A stretch of 64,000 nucleotides of DNA from Flectonema sp. DT1601 (lineage: Eukaryota). Numbering within the stretch: the first letter of the stretch is position 1; each line of letters opens with the position of its first letter. Shown in pieces: positions 35,336 through 44,731 of the stretch. The stretch is taken from assembly GCA_964019425.1 (NCBI GenBank), contig OZ025803.1, forward strand, positions 620,001 to 684,000, written 5' to 3'. Under the pieces are notes generated by a model that was given only the letters and a program-made list of their open reading frames with translations, was not told where the DNA came from and did no database searches. A program made the translations under genes and the position numbers.

Positions 35336-36895
35336 TTAGAGACGGGCATCTTTTGGGTAGGTACGAAGAGCCTGTCTGATACCCAAATCAGCGCAGATTT
35401 CTTCACTACCTCCGTAGACCGCTCCGTACTTTGCGAATCTCATGAAATTTTCAATTCTAGCACCCATACCAGAGCGGGTAAGAGCACGTCCTCCAAAGAT
35501 CTGAACGGCGTCATCAACGATGTGGTTTACTACACGAGTTGCTTGGTATTTCAATAAAGCAGTTGGACCACCAAGTTTCGCCTGACGATCCTTAAATGAC
35601 ATCGTGTTCATCTCATGAGTAATAGTCTCAAGCCATGACCACACTGACTCAAGTTGGGATACCATGTTAGCGAGCTTAAAGCGAATGACTGGCTGCTCAA
35701 TCAACTTCTTACCAAACACAGTACGCTGACTAGCCCACTTGAAGCACTCTTCTACCACAACTCTCGCTTGTGAAAGACAAGTGACGACAATCACCCAACG
35801 CTCGTGGTTGAAATTGTGCATCACAAGTCTGAAGCCTTCTCCTTCCTTACCCATCAAATTCTCAACTGGTACCTTTACATCGTTGTACTCAACGTATGCA
35901 GTTCCAGCGCATGGGGCGTATGACGTGTGAATTGGCTTCGTAGTGATTCCGTGTTCTCTTTCAATCAACAACATGCTGACTCCCTTGGCTCCCTTTCCAC
36001 CAGTTCTGACTGCCGTTACGAAGACGTCAGCGTAGGTTCCGTTTGTGATCCACTTCTTTGCACCGTTTACGATGTAAAACTTACCACACGGAGATTTCTT
36101 GGCGGTACATCTCATTCCAGCAACATCAGAACCAACGAATGGTTCGGTGATAGCCAGAGCGCAGATCTTTTCACCTCTCATGCAAGCTGGGACAAACTTC
36201 TGCTTCATTGCAGCACTTCCGAAATGGAGAACTGGAGGTAATCCGATTAAGTGACCAGCTCCTAATGAATCAATAAATCCTGGTACTCCAAGTCTTGCAA
36301 TCTCAGCATGAGCTACTAACTCATGGAATTGATCGAACTCTTCTCCTTCAATACCTCCAGGGAGTGATACACCATACTCTTTAAGGTTCTTCATCCATGG
36401 TCCTGGTCCAATTCTTGAGACGAACATTCCCTTGTTTCCACACTTCTCAAGCATCTCTCTTGTTGGTTCCTTTCCAGCCTTGTCGAACTGTTCAGCTTGT
36501 TGTCTGATGGTCTCTACGTAGTCTCTGCATCCTTTGAGGAATTTCATATGAGTCTCACGGTAGTAAGGAGAATGGTAATCTTTTCTTAGACCAGCAATCT
36601 CTGCGTATGGAACTTCAGACAGAGCCAGAGGGTCAAACTTGTCGAGAAGAGATAGACCCTTTTTGTTTTCGACGGATCCAATTCTAAGTCTTTGATACCT
36701 ACGAAGTACTTCAGCTTTGTGCTGTTCGTAAAATATTTCAGTGGCATCCCCTCCAGCGAACTCCTTCAAGACAGCTTCACCTCCAGGGTGCATTTTACTA
36801 AACTTACTCAAATCAAATACATCGCCGTCGATTACGATCCATAAGTCTCCCAACTTGTTGTGGGAGGCTACCTCGTTTGAAGTAAATGTTTTCAT
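35336..36895 (-). CDS. Cytochrome b5-acyl-CoA dehydrogenase fusion with C-terminal PTS1-like ARL
   Basis: N-terminal cytochrome b5 domain (WIVIDGDVFD..HPGG..GGDAT..F..QH). ACAD motifs LAITEP..GSDVA, NGAKKWITNG, FN.ER, R.VFGK.L and QIFGG. Ends in KDARL. Confidence 0.93.
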   Translation of the reverse strand: MKTFTSNEVASHNKLGDLWIVIDGDVFDLSKFSKMHPGGEAVLKEFAGGDATEIFYEQHKAEVLRRYQRLRIGSVENKKGLSLLDKFDPLALSEVPYAEIAGLRKDYHSPYYRETHMKFLKGCRDYVETIRQQAEQFDKAGKEPTREMLEKCGNKGMFVSRIGPGPWMKNLKEYGVSLPGGIEGEEFDQFHELVAHAEIARLGVPGFIDSLGAGHLIGLPPVLHFGSAAMKQKFVPACMRGEKICALAITEPFVGSDVAGMRCTAKKSPCGKFYIVNGAKKWITNGTYADVFVTAVRTGGKGAKGVSMLLIEREHGITTKPIHTSYAPCAGTAYVEYNDVKVPVENLMGKEGEGFRLVMHNFNHERWVIVVTCLSQARVVVEECFKWASQRTVFGKKLIEQPVIRFKLANMVSQLESVWSWLETITHEMNTMSFKDRQAKLGGPTALLKYQATRVVNHIVDDAVQIFGGRALTRSGMGARIENFMRFAKYGAVYGGSEEICADLGIRQALRTYPKDARL

Positions 36896-37476
36896 TAATT
36901 GAGTATTCCTGTGGGAGTATTAAAATGTTTAAAATTATTTGTGTTCTTTCAATAAATCAAAAAAAAAAAAACACGAAACACAAACTTGTCGTTTTGATAA
37001 AAATAAAATTATCCTTAACAAACAACAACTGTGAAAATTTATAGAACGTTTGTCTTTTGCCTTCACGTCTGGTATCACAACATCAATTCGGCTATTGAAT
37101 ACTCAATGATAATAACAAAAGGTAAAGCTAGCAATTGGTATCTGCAATAAAAAAGTAGACGCACACCACACGAGCTTTTTTTTTTTTTTTTTTTTTTCCG
37201 GTTTGCCTTCCAGTTTTGGGCTCTTTAGGCTATTCAGATGAAAATTAATTAATGTTTCTTAATTTATTTATTTTATTTTTGGATTGCAAAAAAAAAAAAA
37301 AAAAAAAAAAGAGATAAGATGTGTGAATAAATGCGACAGCTTGTGTTCGCCGTAAGGATTGAATCGGAGGAAGGAATCCAAACAAGAAAAAAACAAAACA
37401 AAACAAAACAAGCATTGGCAATAATAATACAAAGCGATTAGCGAATATGATCCGATAATATTACAGAAACAGATCC

Positions 37477-40400
37477 CTACTGAAGATTCAATTCACCAGA
37501 TTTACTGGTATGAGTCATTAACGAGAAGGCAATACGAGTGTCGAGTTCTTTTTTCTCTTCCAATAGCTTTAAGTGAATTCGTATCTTCTCATTATTAGTA
37601 AACACTAAGTCTTGAAGTAGAACAGGATCATCGTGAGAAGACATTGTCACCTGTTCTTTGATTTCATGCCAGAGCTTGGGAGGATGACGACCGAGGAATT
37701 TTAATCCCCGAAAAGTGTTTCGAATGCGTCCCTCAGCCGACTTATAATAAGAAAGCTCCACTTGTTCTGAATGATAGTTAACAACATCTGATAATCTAAT
37801 TAGTAGTAACTCAAATGAAGACATCACATCGTTAGAACAATTCGTGTCCACTTTTGAAAGAAGATCTTTGCGCTCTTCTACCTCAGCCTTGTGAGACTCC
37901 AGTTCAGATATAGCAGCACGTTTACTGGCCGTGACTTCGTTGTATCTTTTAACAAACTTCGAGATGTTCTTTTGTTCGAAATCTCGAAGAAGACGTTTTT
38001 CACGTGCGGTTAGCTTCTTACGTCGAACACCACGACTGCTGCTACTCTTCGCCATGTCGTCAATGCTGGAAGTAGATCCAAGTGAACTTTCACACTCCCG
38101 AAACGATCCATTCAACGAACAACCAGAGCTGACAGCTGATCCTAACCTCTGCATTGCAACAGGTTGAAACGGTGGTGATCCTGGTGGTGGTGTCGTAAAG
38201 CCTGTTGCAATTCTAAGTTTTTCCAGTTTCTCTCTCAGAGTTATCCTTTCCTGGTCAAGTCCTCTAACGAGGTCACCAAGCTCATTGACGCGAGTCATGA
38301 GCTTCTTTTTAACAGAGCGTTCTTCTGCTATTCTAGTGTGAAGTTTTGTTTCATTCTGACCAGCGAGGTTAATGGTTGCATTGAGTAACAACTTTACATA
38401 ATAACCAGACAGTAGTTGATGTACATGTGACTGTTCCATCTCTTCAACTGTGAAGGTTTGGTACATTTGAATTTCTTTTGCTGCTTCTTCTCTAGCGGCT
38501 TTTATTGTTGCCCACAGACACCACATTCTGAAGTATTGCGATAACAAGTTAGATTCTGAATTAACAGCCATTTGAATGGATAAGTTCTCTTTCATGTAAT
38601 CAGCGAGTTCGACTAGGGCTGTATCACGTTCTTCATAATTTGTTATAGCTCCTTCAAATGTTAAATGTTTGCTCTGATAGTCCTGTAATTCCAATTCCAG
38701 TTTCTGAATCTTATCACTCGCTTGAGAAGTAATCTCCTTTTGTGATTGTTCAGCTTCCTGAAATGATGTTATGTCTGATTGTAAATTATTAATCTCCTCT
38801 GTTTTATTTACAATATCTCTTTCTAATTCCGTAATAGCTGAAACACTTGCTTGTAAAGTCTTTATTTCTGAGTCCTTCGTTGTTAGCTCTTGTTGGTGTA
38901 ACTCATTGCTTGTAGTATTTTCAGATTTAATTATTTCTACTTCAGAAGAGATCTCTTTGAGTTGAATATGAAGAGCAGCCTCACCGTTTCTCAATTCTTT
39001 AATTTGATTATCTTTGATTGTGAGTTGTTCTTTGTGTGCGTCTCCTTCAGTACTACTTTGTGATTTTATGATATTCACTTCTTCAGAGGCCTCCGTTAGC
39101 TGCACTTGAAGAGAAGTGTTGTTGGACTCCAATTCCTTGATTTGATTATCTTTGGCTGTGAGCTGTTCCTTATGCACATCCCCGTCAGTATTACTTTGTG
39201 ACTTTAAGACGCTTACTTCTTCTGAGATTTCCTTAATTTGTATTTGAAGAGCTTCCCCATCATCTTTCAGAGAAGTGTTATTCGACTCCAATTCCTTGAT
39301 TTGATTATCTTTGGCTGTGAGTTGTTCCTTATGCGCATCTCCGTCAGTATTACTTTGTGACTTTAAGACGCTTACTTCTTCTGAGATTTCCTTAATTCGT
39401 ATTTGAAGAGCTTCCCCATCATCTTTCAGAGAAGTGTTATTCGACTCCAATACCTTGATTTGATTATCTTTGGCTGTGAGCTGTTCTTTGTGTGCGTCTC
39501 CTTCAGTACTACTTTGTGATTTTATGATATTGACTTCCTCAGAGGCCTCCGTTAGCTGCGCTTGAAGAGAAGTGTTGTTGGACTCCAATTCCTTGATTTG
39601 ATTATCTTTGGCTGTGAGTTGTTCCTTATGCACATCCCCGTCAGTATTACTTTGTGACTTTAAGGCATTCACTTCCTCAGAGATCTCTGTTAGTTTTGTC
39701 TGAAGAGAAGTGTTGTTGGATTCCAAGTTAGTATTCTTCTGCTTCAAGTCTGAAATCTCAGATGCATAATTCTCTGCTTCGATTCGTAGAGATGTTACTT
39801 GTGAAGTTAGCTCAGTTGTTTCCTTCTCATTATTTGTTTGATGAGCTGACATTTGTGTTGTGAGTTGCTGACGTTCTTCAGATAGAATTTGTTCCTTTAC
39901 TTTGAATGCCGCAGCAGTTTCATCGGATTGAGTTAGGGATTCCTGAAGAGTTGTGATCTTTGATTCTGATTGTTGGAGGCTTGTCTTGTGATCAGTGATT
40001 TCAGTTTCTAAATTAGAAATAGTCGCAACAGACGTCTCAATTTCTTTCTTCGAGTTTTCAAGTTCTACTTTTTGGGCTGAAATAGATTCCAAAAGTGTTT
40101 CAACCTTCGATTCGGATTGCTGGATGTTATTTCTGCTTTCAGTTAGTTGTGTTTGTAGGTCAGAAATAGTTGTTGTTGAAGTCTCCATTTCCTTCTTTGA
40201 GTTGTCAATTTCCGTCTTTTGAGTGCTAATTGTTTCCTCCAACTGCGACAGTGATTTCTCTAAGTTTGATATTTGTGCTGTAGAGTCCTCACTTAGATTC
40301 ATAAGCTTAGTCGCCTGTGTTGATATTGTCGCCTCCTGTTCGCTGAGTTTTCCTTGAAGCTCGGCATTGGTTGTCGCAGAATTTCCAGATTCTTGTTTTA

Positions 40401-43400
40401 TTTCATCAAGAGCCTGTTCAAGTGTAGTGATAGAAGTGTTGCGAGATAATAAAGTTTCCTTCTGTTCTTCAACCTGCTGCTCGAGTTCTTCATTCTTCTC
40501 AACTAAAGATGCTGTTGCTTCTTGAAGCTCAGCCATTTCTTCCTTTTTAGTTTCACCATCCCCAACAAGTTCTTCAACATAGTCGGTTGCCTGTTCTAGA
40601 CCATACTCGAGTTCTTCAATGCGGGTTTGTAATGTCGAATGCTCTGCTTTCAGTGTTTGTAATTCTGATTCAGTGTTCGACTTCTCCTCTTCGAGTGTTG
40701 TTAGTTGGGTTTGATTGTTTTCATCTTTTATTAACATTTCCTTCTCATTAGATTTAATAGTAGCAGTGAGGACTGCAACTTCATCGGAGGTAGTTTTGTT
40801 GCTGCTTTCAAGTTCGTTGATACGAATTTCTTGTTTTGAAATTTTTTCAGTTTTCTGGACGAGTTCTGTTGTCTTCGCGGCATCGGATTCCGATGCAGAT
40901 TGCTGACTTGCTTCAGCTGTTGATTTTAATGAAGAGATCACTTCAACGTTTGCTGCAATCTTTTCTTTTAATGAAATGATTTCCTCATCCGAAGTCTTCC
41001 TGTTGGACTCTTCCTCTGCGATGGTCTTTTCTTTAACAGCAATACTCGACTGCAGTTCAGATGCTTCAATTTTCTGATCAGAAACAATCTTATTCGCGTT
41101 ATCTAAATCTCTTAAAGCAGTTTTCATGTCGGACTGTAGTGTTTCTAATTTAGTGTCCTTTTCAGAAGATGCTGTTTGTGAAGTGACAACAGTTGCTTTT
41201 AGTGTTTCCACTTCAGTTTTCAACTCTGAGATAACGCTTGTATTGTCTGTACACGTTGCTTCCGCAGTCTCTAGATTTTTCAAAGCAGTTTCGTTGTCCG
41301 ATTTCAAAGTCGCAATAATCTCATCCTTTTCAGAAGATGTTGTCTGTGAAGTGACAACAGTTGCTTTTAGTGTTTCTACTTCAGTTTTCAACTCTGAGAT
41401 AACGCTTGTATTGTCTGTACACGTTGCTTGTGTTGTGTCCAGATTTTTCAAAGCAGTTTCCTTGTCTGATTTCAGAGTCGCAATAATCTCATCCTTTTCA
41501 GAAGATGTTGTCTGTGAAGAAGTTATTGCTGTCTTTAGTGTCACTACTTCAGATTGTAGTTCCGCCATCTCAGTTTTTTGATCCGAAATAATTTGATCAC
41601 TTTTTTTGGATAATTCCTGCGCTGTGCCCAATTCTTTCAAACTATTTTCCTTATCATTTTGAAGAGAAGAAATAACTTTGTCTTTCTCAGAAGATGTAGT
41701 TTGGAATGATCCTTTCAATGTTACTATTTCAGATTGCAGTTCCTTACATGTAGTTTGTGATGTTGAATTGGATGATTGTAAGGTGGTGATGAGATCATCT
41801 TTCTTAGATTCGCTCTCTCTTTGTTTTGTTGAATCGATTTCCAGATTAGCGATAGCAGTCTTATGTTCTTTAATAATATTATCTTTGGCTTCTGATTCGG
41901 TTTCGGATTTCTTCAGTTGGTCTTTTAGAGAAGTTATTTCACCACGTTGACTCAACTGTGAGGATTCTAAATCTGAATTCTTAGAATTACTGCAAGAGAG
42001 TTGCTCTCGTAGATCGGTGGCCGTCTTTTGGCTTTCTTCCAGTTGTTGTTTGAGTGTGTTTGTCTCATCTTCTTTGGTACTCAACTCACTTACTTTTACT
42101 TCTAAAGTTGATTGCAATTTTTCCGTTTCAATCTTCGACTGTGACAAGTCCTTCGTGGTATTTTCTAAATTGCGTTGCAAGTCGGAGGCTTCGCTATTTT
42201 TGTTAACGAGTTCTATTTTAGTGTTGTCGAGATCTTGTTTTGTGTTTGTGTATTCTGATGACTTCTCAGCTAGGTCGATATGAAGTTCGCTGACTTCAGC
42301 TTTTGATAGCTCAAGATTCTCTTCAAGGATTGTAACTTGAGATGTGAATGATTGAGAAACTTTGTCAGATTCACATTTCTGTTCATTTAACATTTGTGTT
42401 ACGGTGGTGACTTCTTCTACTAAATCAGAACATTGTTGTTGAGAGTCTTGTAGTCGATTTGTGATTTGATCCATTTTCTCTTCTTGAACTTCTAACTGTT
42501 GAGATCCAGCATTGTGCTTAGCGTCGAGATCAGCAATTTCTGACTCAAGCTTCGCCTTTTCGTCTGAAAAGTCAGTTGTTGTTTTCTCTATTTCACTCTC
42601 TAGTCCAGATTGGATTTCTTTCATTGCAGAGCTCTCAGTTTCCAGTTGGGATATATAGTCAGATAAGGAAGCAACTTCCTTCTTTAAATCTTCTTTTGTT
42701 TCTCCTTCTTTAGGTTTCTTCTTCGCCTTTGGCTTCGCTTTCTCAACAGCTTTTATTTTTGCGTTTGCCTCTTTGAGATCTCTTTCTAACTTTGTAATCT
42801 TTTTCGATTCGAGAGTTTCCTTTCCTTCGTTTTGTTTTTCAGCTCTCTTTACTTTTTGCTCAGAGAGGATTAATTTTTTTTCAGCTCTTTCGAGGGAAGT
42901 TCTTAAGGTGTCGAGTTGCTGTGCCTGGTGATCAGATGCCACAGGTTTCTTTTTAACAATCTTTCGTGTTGGAGCGTCAACCGAGGTCTCATCAGCAGTG
43001 TGTTCTCTGCGGAACTTACGATCATTCCTAAAACTAGAGCTGGGTGAGAAGGTATCTCCTGCTGCAGATGTACCACCTCCTCCAGCTAGTAGGTCTTTAA
43101 CTCGTGATTTTAAACGTCGTTCAGAATCTTCTAGTGTTATAACTTTTAGTATTGTTTGTTTATGTTTGTTTTCATTATCTAAGAGTGACTTTTCAAGTGA
43201 TTCTATTCTTAGTTTGTAATCGAGTATTTCAGATAGTTGTTCTCCAGAGCGAACTTTTTGTAGGTCTCGGCGGGCCTTTTCAAGTTCTTCTTGAAGACGC
43301 TTTATTTTACGTACCATGGGATCTTCATTTACAACAGCTTTGTTAACAATTTGACGAGCTCGGCAAGCATACCGAACAGTACTGAGAGTCTCATCAAGGT

Positions 43401-44421
43401 TTATTATATGAGGACTGAGGGTTGCTAACATAGTCGTCTTACTATTTCCTCCAAGAGAGTCACTCAAAACCCAAGTCAGTATAGATTCTCTGTATGGAGG
43501 CGTTATGTTCTTCTTCGCTCCCGCTTGCGACATGTCAGCCAAGCAATCAATAACCCTTCCAAGGGTTGTTAGTGAAAGGTTTATTTTAGTTGCTTCATTA
43601 AACGCGTATCCTTCGACTTCACTTTTTTTAGTACGTTCTGAACCAGCTAAGTCAACGAGGTTTATCTTTGCTTCTTTAGTATTGGTGCGGACATCATCAG
43701 TACCATCAGTGATGTCTGTAGTTAGATCAACAGATGTAAAATAGATTATTAATAAAGCATGTGATCGAGAAGAGCGTGCGTTCATCTTAGTAGTACCAAC
43801 ATGACGAGCTTCCTGTCCGACAGCTATTAGATCCATAATTGATGAGAAGTTTGATATTTTTCTCTTCGATAGACCTTCAACAAATACACCAGATGATGGG
43901 TCTTGTCTTACCCTTAAAGAAGCACTAGCTTTTAGTAAATCATATACCTGCTCAAGGTATATTTCCATGTATGAAGCTGCGACAGTAAAGGTTGATCCCG
44001 GTTGTTCAGATCTACGTTTTTCTATTCTCGTGAAGAGATCTTGACAGATTCTCGGAATGACACCCTTTTGTTGATCATCATCCCACTGTCCCATCATGGT
44101 GTGGGTTTTTCCAGAACCAGTCTGACCGTATGCAAATAGACAACTGTTGTAACCTAAGAAAGTATTATTTAATAAGTCAACTCCAAGAGTTTTGTGTACT
44201 TCTGATTGATCTCCAGAGTCTCCGCTTTCTAAGGACCAAAATATTGTATCAAACTTATAAACTTGTCGAGAGTCTCCACTCTCTCCGGTTGTTAAACCAG
44301 TACTCTCATGTCCTTTTTCTGGCCATAGACACCTCCCTTTTGATTCACTCGATTCATTGTCTAGTTCTCTTTTGTTAAAGGGTCGAATTCGGACGGCGAC
44401 TTTCACCGCCGAACCTTCCAT
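37477..44421 (-). CDS. N-terminal kinesin motor protein (kinesin-3-like motor) with very long coiled-coil stalk
   Basis: VKVAVRIRPFN, P-loop GQTGSGKT, NARSSRSHA, LVDLAGSER, PYRES.LTW.L.DSLGGNSKT and ETLST, followed by ~1800 aa of mostly coiled coil. Confidence 0.95.
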   Translation of the reverse strand: MEGSAVKVAVRIRPFNKRELDNESSESKGRCLWPEKGHESTGLTTGESGDSRQVYKFDTIFWSLESGDSGDQSEVHKTLGVDLLNNTFLGYNSCLFAYGQTGSGKTHTMMGQWDDDQQKGVIPRICQDLFTRIEKRRSEQPGSTFTVAASYMEIYLEQVYDLLKASASLRVRQDPSSGVFVEGLSKRKISNFSSIMDLIAVGQEARHVGTTKMNARSSRSHALLIIYFTSVDLTTDITDGTDDVRTNTKEAKINLVDLAGSERTKKSEVEGYAFNEATKINLSLTTLGRVIDCLADMSQAGAKKNITPPYRESILTWVLSDSLGGNSKTTMLATLSPHIINLDETLSTVRYACRARQIVNKAVVNEDPMVRKIKRLQEELEKARRDLQKVRSGEQLSEILDYKLRIESLEKSLLDNENKHKQTILKVITLEDSERRLKSRVKDLLAGGGGTSAAGDTFSPSSSFRNDRKFRREHTADETSVDAPTRKIVKKKPVASDHQAQQLDTLRTSLERAEKKLILSEQKVKRAEKQNEGKETLESKKITKLERDLKEANAKIKAVEKAKPKAKKKPKEGETKEDLKKEVASLSDYISQLETESSAMKEIQSGLESEIEKTTTDFSDEKAKLESEIADLDAKHNAGSQQLEVQEEKMDQITNRLQDSQQQCSDLVEEVTTVTQMLNEQKCESDKVSQSFTSQVTILEENLELSKAEVSELHIDLAEKSSEYTNTKQDLDNTKIELVNKNSEASDLQRNLENTTKDLSQSKIETEKLQSTLEVKVSELSTKEDETNTLKQQLEESQKTATDLREQLSCSNSKNSDLESSQLSQRGEITSLKDQLKKSETESEAKDNIIKEHKTAIANLEIDSTKQRESESKKDDLITTLQSSNSTSQTTCKELQSEIVTLKGSFQTTSSEKDKVISSLQNDKENSLKELGTAQELSKKSDQIISDQKTEMAELQSEVVTLKTAITSSQTTSSEKDEIIATLKSDKETALKNLDTTQATCTDNTSVISELKTEVETLKATVVTSQTTSSEKDEIIATLKSDNETALKNLETAEATCTDNTSVISELKTEVETLKATVVTSQTASSEKDTKLETLQSDMKTALRDLDNANKIVSDQKIEASELQSSIAVKEKTIAEEESNRKTSDEEIISLKEKIAANVEVISSLKSTAEASQQSASESDAAKTTELVQKTEKISKQEIRINELESSNKTTSDEVAVLTATIKSNEKEMLIKDENNQTQLTTLEEEKSNTESELQTLKAEHSTLQTRIEELEYGLEQATDYVEELVGDGETKKEEMAELQEATASLVEKNEELEQQVEEQKETLLSRNTSITTLEQALDEIKQESGNSATTNAELQGKLSEQEATISTQATKLMNLSEDSTAQISNLEKSLSQLEETISTQKTEIDNSKKEMETSTTTISDLQTQLTESRNNIQQSESKVETLLESISAQKVELENSKKEIETSVATISNLETEITDHKTSLQQSESKITTLQESLTQSDETAAAFKVKEQILSEERQQLTTQMSAHQTNNEKETTELTSQVTSLRIEAENYASEISDLKQKNTNLESNNTSLQTKLTEISEEVNALKSQSNTDGDVHKEQLTAKDNQIKELESNNTSLQAQLTEASEEVNIIKSQSSTEGDAHKEQLTAKDNQIKVLESNNTSLKDDGEALQIRIKEISEEVSVLKSQSNTDGDAHKEQLTAKDNQIKELESNNTSLKDDGEALQIQIKEISEEVSVLKSQSNTDGDVHKEQLTAKDNQIKELESNNTSLQVQLTEASEEVNIIKSQSSTEGDAHKEQLTIKDNQIKELRNGEAALHIQLKEISSEVEIIKSENTTSNELHQQELTTKDSEIKTLQASVSAITELERDIVNKTEEINNLQSDITSFQEAEQSQKEITSQASDKIQKLELELQDYQSKHLTFEGAITNYEERDTALVELADYMKENLSIQMAVNSESNLLSQYFRMWCLWATIKAAREEAAKEIQMYQTFTVEEMEQSHVHQLLSGYYVKLLLNATINLAGQNETKLHTRIAEERSVKKKLMTRVNELGDLVRGLDQERITLREKLEKLRIATGFTTPPPGSPPFQPVAMQRLGSAVSSGCSLNGSFRECESSLGSTSSIDDMAKSSSSRGVRRKKLTAREKRLLRDFEQKNISKFVKRYNEVTASKRAAISELESHKAEVEERKDLLSKVDTNCSNDVMSSFELLLIRLSDVVNYHSEQVELSYYKSAEGRIRNTFRGLKFLGRHPPKLWHEIKEQVTMSSHDDPVLLQDLVFTNNEKIRIHLKLLEEKKELDTRIAFSLMTHTSKSGELNLQ
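39000..39720 (-). repeat. Coding tandem repeat in the kinesin stalk, five units of 138/159 bp
   Basis: TGATTATC anchor recurs at about 39005, 39143, 39302, 39461 and 39599. Peptide unit SEEV..KSQS.T.GD.HKEQLTAKDNQIK.LESNNTSL. Confidence 0.9.
41155..41525 (-). repeat. Coding tandem repeat in the kinesin stalk, 168-bp (56-aa) unit, slightly more than two copies
   Basis: CAGAAGATG anchor at 41163, 41331 and 41499. Peptide TSQTTSSEKDEIIATLKSD.ETALKNL...ATCTDNTSVISELKTEVETLKATVV. Confidence 0.9.
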
Positions 44422-44731
44422 CTTTTGTTTATAATAAGAGATCTATTCAGGGGTAAGAAAATTGTTTTTTAATGTTTCTAAACTTTCTTCATCTCAAAAC
44501 ATATTTTATTCATTCTGAGAAGTGTTAAAAAGAAATTGTGATCTCAACTATTCACTTGCATTGAATCTCTGAAAAAACTCGAGTGTAGTGTAAACAAACA
44601 TTCGAAGATAACTTGTTAAAACAATAACAGAGTGGGATGGTAAATAAACAAAACAAATAAATTAATTAAAGAGGTTGATCTGAACTGTGTAAATAAGTTA
44701 AGCCTGCTTCCGAAGGCAGATGTGGAATTGA

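Noticed and set aside
39000..39720. Regularly spaced repeats as a CRISPR-like array
   Set aside because: They are in-frame coding repeats in a eukaryotic kinesin with no unique spacers. No CRISPR arrays or tRNA genes were recognised in the window.
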